Shown here one piece after another: positions 1-9,315 of a DNA stretch of 64,000 nucleotides. Positions within the stretch are counted from its first letter, which is position 1. Each line of letters begins with the position of its first letter. Below the pieces are notes generated by a model. The model was not told where the DNA came from and searched no databases. It saw only the letters and a list, made by a program, of their open reading frames with translations. The position numbers and the translations under genes were made by a program. The stretch is taken from positions 2,542,001-2,606,000 of the forward strand of contig VRMN01000001.1 in NCBI GenBank assembly GCA_008690995.1, in the 5' to 3' direction. This DNA comes from Porphyridium purpureum (taxonomy: Eukaryota).

Positions 1-1283
1 GGGGACAAAACGTCACCGTCTACCTTCCATGCATCACTAATTTTGACGGCGCCTGCAGTGAAAAACTCACCACACAGTGCCTTGCGGAACACCTGCACAT
101 TCCGGCGGAGCTTATCCGTGCGGGCTTTACCTTCCTGCTCGAGAATGTGAATGGCCTCAACGCAAGCAGTTGCCAAGAAGGGTGGCTGGGCAGCAGAAAA
201 GCAGTATCCAGCACCAGAAAGCCGCTGGTGCCGAACCACAGTCGGTTCGCCGCAGCAAAAGCCTCCCACTGAACATAGTGCATTGCCAGCGTCTGCCATT
301 GTGATGTCCACATCTGCGCGTTGAAGCCCAAAGTGCTCGACCAAACCGCGACCAGATGCACCAAGTGCGCCCAAGGAATAACTCTCATCTAACATGATGC
401 GAAACTTGTACTTGTTGCGGAACTCCACCAGCTTGTCGAGTCGTGCTATTGTACCATATGTGCTATTAATGGCCTCCACCACCACAAAGCGGCGCTGCGT
501 CATGCGCGCTCGCGGTTTATCACGAGCCACTACGTGTTGAATGATTTGCTCGAGCTCGTCGTAGTCGCCCGCCTTGAAGTATTTCACAATCGAGCGCGAA
601 AGCGTCACGCCATTCTGTATGGAGAAGTTGCAGCCTTCCTCACAAACCACAAGGTCGTCACGCTTACAGAACGCTGGAATGACAGAGGACGGGACTGAGG
701 ATCCGAAGCTGTACGAAATGCACTCAGGAGCGCCTGTCCACTTTGCAAAGACCTCTTCGCAGCGCATGTGCTCAGTCGTTGTGCCGTAAAATCCTCTTGG
801 CCCGCATGAGCCGAGGCCAAATTGCTGCATGGTGCGTACACACGCATCCTCGACGCGCACGTCACCGAGCACATTCGCGAAATTTGTTGCGGCGAGATTG
901 AGCACGTTTTTGTGGTTGTCCACATCGCACCTTGGCATGGCTGCGGACGAAAGCTGCAGCACGGCACTTCGATTTGCCTCGAGCAGGTCCATCTCAGCTT
1001 TCCGCGGCGCGTCAGCCAGTGGCGCCGGCCGCCAGCTCGCAATCAGCGCGGCCTTTTCCTGCTCGCTGAGCGTCTGCGCATCACCCCTCCCACGCGTGTG
1101 TCGTTGCTGCAGCTGCTGCTGGCCGCTGCTGCTCTTTCTCTTTTTCGACTGCAGCTTGTACGAGCGCTGAATGAGGAAATACACGGTCATGACCAGCGCC
1201 AGCGCCTCAATGACATGGAAATGAATCCCCAGCGACAGCCATCGCTGCACCGTCGCAGACTCCAGCACAAACGTCAACGGCAT
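1..1283 (-). CDS. LCB1: Serine palmitoyltransferase subunit LCB1/SPTLC1 (3' end runs off the window)
   Basis: Not in the ORF track because there is no stop in the window. Manual translation from ATG 1283 gives MPLTFVLES...TM...LSEQEKAALIASWRPAPL...GLGSCGPRGFYGT...GNALCSVGGFCCG...HQRLSGAGYCFSAAQPPFLA, which are typical LCB1 motifs. Confidence 0.92.
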   Translation of the reverse strand, partial: MPLTFVLESATVQRWLSLGIHFHVIEALALVMTVYFLIQRSYKLQSKKRKSSSGQQQLQQRHTRGRGDAQTLSEQEKAALIASWRPAPLADAPRKAEMDLLEANRSAVLQLSSAAMPRCDVDNHKNVLNLAATNFANVLGDVRVEDACVRTMQQFGLGSCGPRGFYGTTTEHMRCEEVFAKWTGAPECISYSFGSSVPSSVIPAFCKRDDLVVCEEGCNFSIQNGVTLSRSIVKYFKAGDYDELEQIIQHVVARDKPRARMTQRRFVVVEAINSTYGTIARLDKLVEFRNKYKFRIMLDESYSLGALGASGRGLVEHFGLQRADVDITMADAGNALCSVGGFCCGEPTVVRHQRLSGAGYCFSAAQPPFLATACVEAIHILEQEGKARTDKLRRNVQVFRKALCGEFFTAGAVKISDAWKVDGDVLS

Positions 1284-1436
1284 GCTTCCTCTCCCGCAAC
1301 GCACACATGCACGCACGCGCCGCCGCCGCGCGATACTTCCACACCACCGCGACTCACCTCACCTCCGCATCCGCGCCTTCCTCCCGCTCCCACTCACCTC
1401 TCAGTTTTCAAAAATCCGCCCGCGCACGAGAAAGCA

Positions 1437-1529
1437 TTAGGGTTTCTCGTTAGAGGTACAGTGAATGAAGTACACTGGATGTACACTTAGGTACATGTGC
1501 TGTACTTGCCCTGATGACGCGGGTACAGT
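1437..1529. promoter_or_regulatory. Divergent LCB1/MYG1 promoter with a telo-box-like element and six GTAC cores
   Basis: TTAGGGTTT near 1437-1445; GTAC at 1456, 1470, 1481, 1491, 1502 and 1523; lies between divergent starts at 1283 and 1640. Confidence 0.5.
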
Positions 1530-1639
1530 GTGACCCAGCGTGTGCGCCGGCGCGTGTGTGCGGGCGAGTGGCGCGAGAGAATGCGCTTCGGTGTGTGTGT
1601 GGGGGTGGGTGTGTGGGTGCGTGGGGCGATGCTGAGGGC

Positions 1640-2695
1640 ATGACGGCAGAGAGCAAGCGACAGCGCGTGCACGAATCGGGTGCGGCAGACAGTGGACGCC
1701 CAGTGAGGAGCGGCGCCATGAAGAAATTGGGCACTCACGATGGAACGTTTCACTGCGACGAGGCGTTCGCGATTTACATGCTGAGGCTTTTGGATGAGTA
1801 CAAGGATGCCGAGGTCGTGCGCAGTCGAGACCCAAAGGTTTGGGAAGGCGTCGACGTGCTGGTGGATGTAGGCGCAGTATATGATCACCAGGCGAAGCGG
1901 TATGATCACCATCAGCGGGGCTTTGAAGAGTTCTTCTCTCTCGAGCGCAGTGAGATCAAGCTCAGTTCGGCTGGGCTCGTGTACAAGCACTACGGGCGCG
2001 ACATTATCAAGGCGGTGTTACCCGGTGTACGTGACGATGCCCTCGAAGTATTGTACACGAAAGTCTACTCTGGTTTCATTGAGGCCATCGATGCCATTGA
2101 CAATGGGATTCAAATGTTTGAAAGCACGCAACCGGCGCGGTACTCTATGCGAACTGACTTGTCCTCGCGCGTCGGTGCATTGAACCAAAATTGGAATGAA
2201 AGTGACGAAGATTTTGATGCCATGGCACGCTTCAAACAGGCGTCAGAGCTTGCTGGCACTGAATTTGTGGCGTGCGTCAAATACTACGCGAATGTGTGGC
2301 TTCCGGCTCGAGATATTGTCGTTTTAGTCTTGAACTCCAGATTTTTGGAAGATTCGTCAGGTAACATTTTGGTGCTCGAGCAGTTCTGTCCTTGGAAGGC
2401 GCATCTCTTTGACCTGGAGGAGGAATTGGCGATTCCGGCGGCGGAGCGCCCTCTGTTTGTCATTTACGCTGACTACGGCAAATCCTGGAGAGTCCAGGCA
2501 GTTCCTGAAACAGAATCCTCATTCAAATCACGCAAACCGCTTCCAGAAGCGTGGCGCGGTCTGCGTGATGACGAGCTGAGCGCGAAGTCGGGAATACCAG
2601 GGTGCATCTTTGTCCATGCTGCCGGCTTTATTGGTGGAAATGTCACCAAGGAGGGCGCTCTCGAGATGGCAAGACAAGCCCTCAGGATCGAGTGA
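1640..2695 (+). CDS. MYG1: MYG1 (UPF0160) exonuclease family protein
   Basis: Motifs GTHDGTFHCDEA, VDVGAVYD..RYDHHQ, KLSSAGLVYKHYG, DAIDNG, SRKPLPEAWRGLRD and FVHAAGFIGG. The start is likely 1640 or 1718 rather than 1514. Confidence 0.95.
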   Translation: MTAESKRQRVHESGAADSGRPVRSGAMKKLGTHDGTFHCDEAFAIYMLRLLDEYKDAEVVRSRDPKVWEGVDVLVDVGAVYDHQAKRYDHHQRGFEEFFSLERSEIKLSSAGLVYKHYGRDIIKAVLPGVRDDALEVLYTKVYSGFIEAIDAIDNGIQMFESTQPARYSMRTDLSSRVGALNQNWNESDEDFDAMARFKQASELAGTEFVACVKYYANVWLPARDIVVLVLNSRFLEDSSGNILVLEQFCPWKAHLFDLEEELAIPAAERPLFVIYADYGKSWRVQAVPETESSFKSRKPLPEAWRGLRDDELSAKSGIPGCIFVHAAGFIGGNVTKEGALEMARQALRIE

Positions 2696-2964
2696 AACAT
2701 TGACTTGGACACAGACTTGTGTCTCTCGAGTAGAAGCGTCGAGCAGGCATGTGGCATCGGGCACGTTTGTCTTATTAATATTTTGCATACAAATATGACC
2801 GAGCATTTGATCGTGAAATCTCTGTTTCAAAATCAGCAGAGCAACACCAAGACTGGAAATACCCGATTACACCAGTCGGATTCGCCATGTACATACTCGT
2901 CCCGATACGCGGAGGATGGCTGCTCGGATACCACGGGTGGACGCGAGGAGGCTAAGAGTGAGTC

Positions 2965-3900
2965 TTACCTCTGAACCACTGTGTTAATAATTCTGGCACG
3001 GATCGTTCGGTGTACGTGCTGTATTAGAAAATATCCGACATCCTCAGGTCCAGAACCGAGTCCTACTTGCTCGAATTCGAAAACGAAAAATCTGAAGTCA
3101 GTGTCCGCGCCAACGATGTTGCGACACATCCTACGCTTCGCAGAGTGAAAGTCGCCGTGAGTGAGGGTCGATGGTCGCTTTGGCAAGTAACTCTAAAATG
3201 GTGATCAAGTCACATGTACAAAATTCGCATCCTTCGCGCGGAGGGGATGTGAGTCCCTTTTTAATTGCTGCAAGCCGCCCTGTCTGTCATGCTTGACTTC
3301 CTTCCACGCGTCCCGCGTCTGTTCCATTCCTGTGTCCCACCCGGCTCTGCCTTTCCTAGCCAGCCAGCCACGACCACGAATCTAGTTCGCAACATCGCTT
3401 CGCAGCAACTCACTGTGCCAAACATTCAGAGTATGTCAAAGCGGCGTCATCCATTTCCAGAACCATCACGGGAGAAGCTGAGACTGGCCATTTCCGAGAC
3501 AACGAAGCAAGATCCTTGCTGATAGTCCTGGGCGGTCAAGGGCCGATAACATAGCCACCATGGATACAGTCTCGATCTCGTGCGTGAGAATATTTTTCTC
3601 ACAAGAGTTCCTGCTCCCGATGGACAGCAAAACTACAGGCACGCTGCTCTTTCTTAAATATAAAGCGAGATTTTCGAAGACAAGGCGTTCGTATGCGCAG
3701 ACCAAGGCGACATGAGGTTCGAATATGGCCTTTCATTTCAAAATCGATCGGACGAACTCACCCTTGCTAAAGAATGCCGCGTGTCGCTGCGCCAATACCA
3801 AGGGCAAGCCGTCCGCGCGGAATAGGTCGTACCGCACCACTGTGTCAAGAAACCGTTTGAGAAGCGCGCTAAGCCATGTCGCACTGAAGAAGTCAAACGC
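2965..3900 (-). pseudogene. Degraded APH/choline/ecdysteroid-kinase-like phosphotransferase
   Basis: Fragments in different frames separated by stops: FSATWLSALL, YERLVFENLA, TLTHGDFHSAK and FEFEQVGLGSGPEDVGYFLI. They resemble the HGDxxxxN and DWE..G.G.G..D motifs with the catalytic residues altered. Confidence 0.5.
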
Positions 3901-4005
3901 TCCTTTCCTGTTTGGCGTATTTGGCTGACGCGCTCGTCGCCTCGTGTTCTATTGGTCTTGAACAGCTCAGTCGAAACTATTCATCTTGAAGAACGCTCTT
4001 CTACT

Positions 4006-4797
4006 TCATAAACGGCGCATGAGTTTGCGGTACCTCAACTTGATGTCCTGCCCGTTGAAGTTGGCGTCGGGCCCGAGGCTCACAGCAATAAGAGTCCATC
4101 GAACAGTTTGGGTGGCAGACATACTTTCGTTTGCGCATTGCAGAATAATGCGGTCATGTTCTGGTGTGAATTCAGCTCGCTCCAATCCTGCCCGCGCAAG
4201 GTAACAGCTCCATCGCGCTCGAAGCTGCTTAGCCGTTCGCTCCCCACAGAAGTATTCTTCGGCAAGCGTGGTCCAGCTCCTCGCACCGTGCCGGGCGATT
4301 GCACGTCGCAGCAGGGCATCTTCTTTCTCTGTCCATCGCCGATGAGGCCGTCGAGCGCTTTCCACGATCGCCGATGAAGACGAACTTGATCGTCCTGCCG
4401 TGAGCGGGATGGCTGCGTCTCTTCTCGTAACGTCTGAGCAACTGTCATCATGTTGTTCCACATTGTCACGAACCTGTTGCAGACCTCCTGTTGCTGTGAA
4501 GGCTCCTGGGATGGAGCTTAGAAAAGGAGCTTGCTGCAGAAGATGCGGCAATGGGTTTAGAATGTATTCAAGTGACATTCGCCTGTCGCGTTCCATATGT
4601 AGCTTCGTATCTTGGGCAATCATCGTCAGAATGGAATCGACGGACATTTTGTAGCTGGCCGTGCTGTAGTTAGAATCACGGCAAAAAGGTGCTACTGGCT
4701 GCAACGAATCGACCTCCTGCGCTTCCCGGACAGCTTCACGACCCTTTGCCGTCGCTGAGAAAGCGTACGCCTCGTCTTCGAACCGCATTAAATACAT
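4006..4797 (-). CDS. Two-repeat Myb-like transcription factor
   Basis: C-terminal RRWTEKEDALL..HGARSW..RTAKQLRARW..EFTPEHDRIIL..W repeats. Paralog of 46029-46910. Confidence 0.88.
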   Translation of the reverse strand: MYLMRFEDEAYAFSATAKGREAVREAQEVDSLQPVAPFCRDSNYSTASYKMSVDSILTMIAQDTKLHMERDRRMSLEYILNPLPHLLQQAPFLSSIPGAFTATGGLQQVRDNVEQHDDSCSDVTRRDAAIPLTAGRSSSSSSAIVESARRPHRRWTEKEDALLRRAIARHGARSWTTLAEEYFCGERTAKQLRARWSCYLARAGLERAEFTPEHDRIILQCANESMSATQTVRWTLIAVSLGPDANFNGQDIKLRYRKLMRRL

Positions 4798-5466
4798 GTA
4801 CCTTTGTCTGCCTCCATTACGTTCGGCAATCTATACCCGGCGTCCTTTCTCGCGGCCAACGCGTGCGTGCGGCAACGTGGTGATCGCCCAAGCGTCTTAA
4901 AGGCACGGCGTCGCGCGCTCGGGTGCGCAATGACGCGGCGAACAAACCACCAACCATATCAGTTGCAACCGCCAAAACAATCGCGAGGGGCCACACCAAA
5001 CCCACCAAAACGTAGCGCGTGCTTTGCGAGTGTGCACGGGCACGCGCGCCAGTGAGCGCGACCGCCTGACACGATTTCGCGTGTGAGACATGCCAGCCAA
5101 CCGCGGTGTGCACCCAAAGAGAGTTCACCTCAACGCGGGTGAGCGACGTACCGAGCACCGGCACAAATTCAAGCGTTTTCGGAAGCCCAATGTTCTTTAC
5201 AGGTGCATCTGTCCCTCGCCGCTCGATTCTTGAACAGTAAGCAGTAAACTTTCCTAGCTGGCATGTCGTGATCGATCCCCATTCGCTGCGTGGCTTGATT
5301 TACACTCGGATGAAAATTGACAGTGAAGGGCGATGACGCACCTGCGCGCGGCGCACATACCCCGTCGCTCACCCGTCTTGTGACGCGCATCGAGCATGCG
5401 CGGCGAGCCGGCGTCTCCACGTGCACGATGCTGTCGATATCGTCATCACGCGGTCGTCTGCTCGCG

Positions 5467-8085
5467 TTACCGGGGGTTTGATGTCGAGTGAGGCCTTGTC
5501 GTCTCGTCCGCAAGGACTGACAGTATGCGGTCGATCTCGGGAGCGTACTGCGCCGTGCTTTTCACTTGGAAGCGCGCAAGGTCAATGTTATGTACGCCCG
5601 GGCATTTCACTCCGCTGAGCCCAGCAATAGGGCGGGGGGAGAATTCTGCGGAGCGATGAAATATGGCCAGTGTCAAGTCCGAAGAGCTGTACGCGTTGGT
5701 CAGGGTGCCAGAAACTACGCGTCGGCACGAGCGCCATTCCGTCTCATCAGAGGCGACTGGCGCACCCAGAAGCGAGGCGTGATGTACACGCGAGTACTCA
5801 CCGCGTTCAGCAAGCCGCAAGAGGGCTGAAAATATGACGCGCGCACCAAGCGAGTGCCCTACGAGCGAGATGGGTCTATTTCCGAAGAAACCGTCGCGAA
5901 TGAGCTCCGCAAGAACCTTACCCAGAGCGGAGGACTTGGCCACGAGGCGCGCCCAGTGTGTGTCCACCGCGCTGCTGAGACTCAGCACGGCCATGGGGAT
6001 GGAAAGGGCGCCCAGAAGGACCGGAAGAACGGTGCCACTCAGGACCGTCGCTGCAGCCCCCTGAGCTACCGCCGATGACGCCGTGCTCTTGGCAAAGCGA
6101 AGCATGAACTGATCGATCGACCCAGTGAGATTGGCTAACGCTTCCGGCTCCCACCGGAGAGCGATGCACTCTGATAGCGGCAAGTGCGACGTCGCAAAGC
6201 CAGAGAACTGGTTTGCAAACGCGCCGGTCACTGGGAAACGGCCGCCCACAAGATCTTCCAGTCGAAGAAAGCCAGGTACAAAGATAGTGACGTGAAGCGA
6301 CGGGACTCGTCCAGGCTGGTACAAGATGGCACTGCTTGCTTGTGACAAGTTTTCTTCTCGCTCCGCATCAATATGTTCTGATCTTCCGCTGTTCAATCTC
6401 TGCATTCCGAGCTCTTCGGTTTCCTTTAGCGTATGTGTTGCGTCAGATAACTGTTGCAATCCTTCCAGGTCCTCTTCCGTAAATAATTCCATCCAAGTGA
6501 TCACTGTTCGCGAAAACCAATACGAGTCCATATTTTCGAACACGCATTCATACCTGCCTGCGTCTGTGCACATATGTCGTAGCTCCCATGTGTACACATT
6601 AGCCTTCGCGTCAAACTCAATCAGTTTCACCTCGGTCGATTTCTCGCTGGGGCGCTTTAACCAGCGCATGTTTGGAGGCGGGTCTCCTCTTCTTGGTTGC
6701 CGCGCCTCTGTCCGCGCAGGTGCGGGCAAAGACGCAGACGAGTGGGTTTTCGAGTCCAAGACTGCAGGATAATCCTCATGAGCATCAGCATTCCAATGAG
6801 AACCAAAACAAGAGGGACCACTGCTGTCGCCTCCTCCGCCTACACCCGCTGAGCTCTTGATCACTTCACGCATCGAATCGGCGTCGTGTGCTTTCAAGCT
6901 TGAGGTGTCGATACTAGATAGAGCATCATCTGTTGCGACCAAACCAGAGGACACGGTCGTACGGGAATTGCCATTCATTTGTACGACATTCGGCTCGTGG
7001 GACTGATCAGCCGATGGAACAATCGAACTCATAGAAAGATACAAGAGACCGACTGTGCAAGCACGATCCGAGGTGAATCGACAAACCAACTGAGTACCTG
7101 GATTCTGAATGACTGCCTGAAGACGGTCGCTCTTACCGGCGGGGATATCGAATCGCGCGGACGGACGAGAAAGATACGCTAGACTTCCGCAAAGGTTGCA
7201 GGCCTCAAAAGAAATTTCTTGAAGATGATCAAAACGTCGCCGCATCACACTCCCGCCATGGACGGCACCGTAGGTTCCAAACAGGGAACCAAGCAGGACA
7301 GAGACACTGGCAGCGGGGATGGAGAGAAAGGGCACGCCCGCACCGATCGCGGCAAAGACAGGCATCAGAGGCGCCGCAGCCAAACCGCCTGTCACTCCCA
7401 GAAGGGCGCCTCCAGCCGCGGCACTCGCAGATATTAGCATCCACCGCTTCAAGCGATGCATACGATGATTCTCCAATGCTTGTCGAACCGACTCTTCTCG
7501 ACTTTTCGATGTAGAGACGTCGCCGACGACGAGTGTTTCCTCAGTTGCGAGTGCTCTACTCGCCACGGTGGCCTCAGCCACGCCCAGCGTCGGAGGTACT
7601 GCAGACTGAAGCTCAGTTTTTTCCGAAGCGGCGATGACTTGGAAGATAATGTCGAGCAGCGCTCGAAGTCTGGCGTCGTAGCCGCCCTGTGCCCGCAAGA
7701 CGTGAAGCTCAATGACGCGCACGATTTCGGCATGGAGTTCCATATCGACAGGTATATCCGTGAGCATCGAATACACGAAAGTTTGACACATCTGCATCTC
7801 ATCACCATCCGGGTTTCCCAGAGCGCCCTCGAAGAGATTTTTCACGTGCAGCAAGGTGCCGTTCATTTTATCGACACTCACATCCTCGAACAGCTCGCGG
7901 TCTGTGAGCACACGCTCAGCAAAGTCGTATATGAATGCCGGGTCCCGAATGCTGCTTCCTTCCGCTCCCAAGATGCCCGCACACGCTAGTGCTGTCGCAA
8001 GCCGCCACGCTTGCTCCTCGCGAATCCCATGCTGCGCAGACGCAGCATCTGCCACGCTCCGAGAGCACGAGTCTGTCCGCAGCAT
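5467..8085 (-). CDS. TMCO4/Mil1-like DUF726 alpha/beta-hydrolase with an inserted GOLD-like domain
   Basis: GYDAR motif, hydrophobic GGALLGVTGGLAAAP segment, GNRPISLVGHSLGARVIF nucleophile elbow, LLGAP and NAYSSSD. Confidence 0.9.
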   Translation of the reverse strand: MLRTDSCSRSVADAASAQHGIREEQAWRLATALACAGILGAEGSSIRDPAFIYDFAERVLTDRELFEDVSVDKMNGTLLHVKNLFEGALGNPDGDEMQMCQTFVYSMLTDIPVDMELHAEIVRVIELHVLRAQGGYDARLRALLDIIFQVIAASEKTELQSAVPPTLGVAEATVASRALATEETLVVGDVSTSKSREESVRQALENHRMHRLKRWMLISASAAAGGALLGVTGGLAAAPLMPVFAAIGAGVPFLSIPAASVSVLLGSLFGTYGAVHGGSVMRRRFDHLQEISFEACNLCGSLAYLSRPSARFDIPAGKSDRLQAVIQNPGTQLVCRFTSDRACTVGLLYLSMSSIVPSADQSHEPNVVQMNGNSRTTVSSGLVATDDALSSIDTSSLKAHDADSMREVIKSSAGVGGGGDSSGPSCFGSHWNADAHEDYPAVLDSKTHSSASLPAPARTEARQPRRGDPPPNMRWLKRPSEKSTEVKLIEFDAKANVYTWELRHMCTDAGRYECVFENMDSYWFSRTVITWMELFTEEDLEGLQQLSDATHTLKETEELGMQRLNSGRSEHIDAEREENLSQASSAILYQPGRVPSLHVTIFVPGFLRLEDLVGGRFPVTGAFANQFSGFATSHLPLSECIALRWEPEALANLTGSIDQFMLRFAKSTASSAVAQGAAATVLSGTVLPVLLGALSIPMAVLSLSSAVDTHWARLVAKSSALGKVLAELIRDGFFGNRPISLVGHSLGARVIFSALLRLAERGEYSRVHHASLLGAPVASDETEWRSCRRVVSGTLTNAYSSSDLTLAIFHRSAEFSPRPIAGLSGVKCPGVHNIDLARFQVKSTAQYAPEIDRILSVLADETTRPHSTSNPR

Positions 8086-9315
8086 CCCTTACGTGGCGTA
8101 GCAGCGCACACGATGCGTCTGTCTGTGAGTGCCACTTCGATTCGAACGGCACTTTCATGTCGGCACTGCTCAATCCAGCGTGAGTTCTGTCAACCGATAC
8201 CTGTTTATATTAAAACAATGCCATTTTACTGGATACCGATTGGCTCCTACAGCCCCCGTGCAGCGATAAGTAATCCTCGAGCAGCACTCGAGGAGATCCG
8301 TTCCTTGACGTGCATCCAGAACCGCCGTCGCAGCAGCGTGAAGCGCAACAGCAGCACGAACAGCCGCCATATGTGCTCGAGGCTGGAATCCGACGTCACC
8401 GTGCCGCGGAACTTCGTGTTTTTGCCGTAGAATCGGGATACACACCTTCCGGACGCTCTTCAGTCCGGATTGGAGTCGCACACAGTGCATGTCGATGCGG
8501 ATGGCATGGCCCATACTCTTTCTTGTCCATGGTTTGGATGAGCTGGGGCCAAAAACCGTCAGCTCGGAGAAAGCAGGCTGGTCTTATGCGCTGCACCGTG
8601 CCGTACATCGTGGGCGCGAACGCCTGCTCAATTTTGTGGGTATGATGCCTGAGCCACATGCTGTATCCGTTGAGCGTAATTACGACCTTCCAAGGTACTG
8701 CTCATGTTCGATACGTCCAACATGCTCCGTTCGTGCGCCAGCAAAGTCGGATCCATGGTTGCGCCTTGCCTCAACTGACCTGACAGGCAAAGCAAGCCGT
8801 CCACGGAGTCGAGTCCGAGGGAAAGTGCGCAAAAAGGAACTCTTCGTAAGGGCTCTTAGCAAAAGAGCTTGATTGAATGACTTATTCGTCAATAACCCTT
8901 CCCTAAGGAAAACGAGCTGGACTCCTGACAGAGAGCAGGGGAGAAATTCCTCCGCCTTCAGGTAGGCAGCTTTCGCGGCCCCTTTTACAAGCTTTGGGGT
9001 CGCGTGACTCTGTCCCACAGCATTCAAATCATGTTTAAGACTTTTAGAAGTCGCTTTACGCCGCAAACCCTTTCAATGCGACCAGGCACCTTCCACCGTT
9101 CCAACATAAGAGTGAACCTGACTGCATGAACCCTCTCCTCTTTGCTGATCCGTGACCGAAGGCTGCTGCGCTGTCTCACTCTGAGCGGTCACATTCGGGC
9201 GCAGGTTCTGTAGCACGTACAGCATGCCTCGCAGCTGAGAGGCACGCTCTACCGCTTTACAGTACAAATCATGTATTACTGGTTATGATTTCATCCTCTC
9301 CAATATCCTCGATCC

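Noticed and set aside
822..1490. 222-aa plus-strand ORF
   Set aside because: Antisense shadow of LCB1 plus promoter sequence; no motifs.
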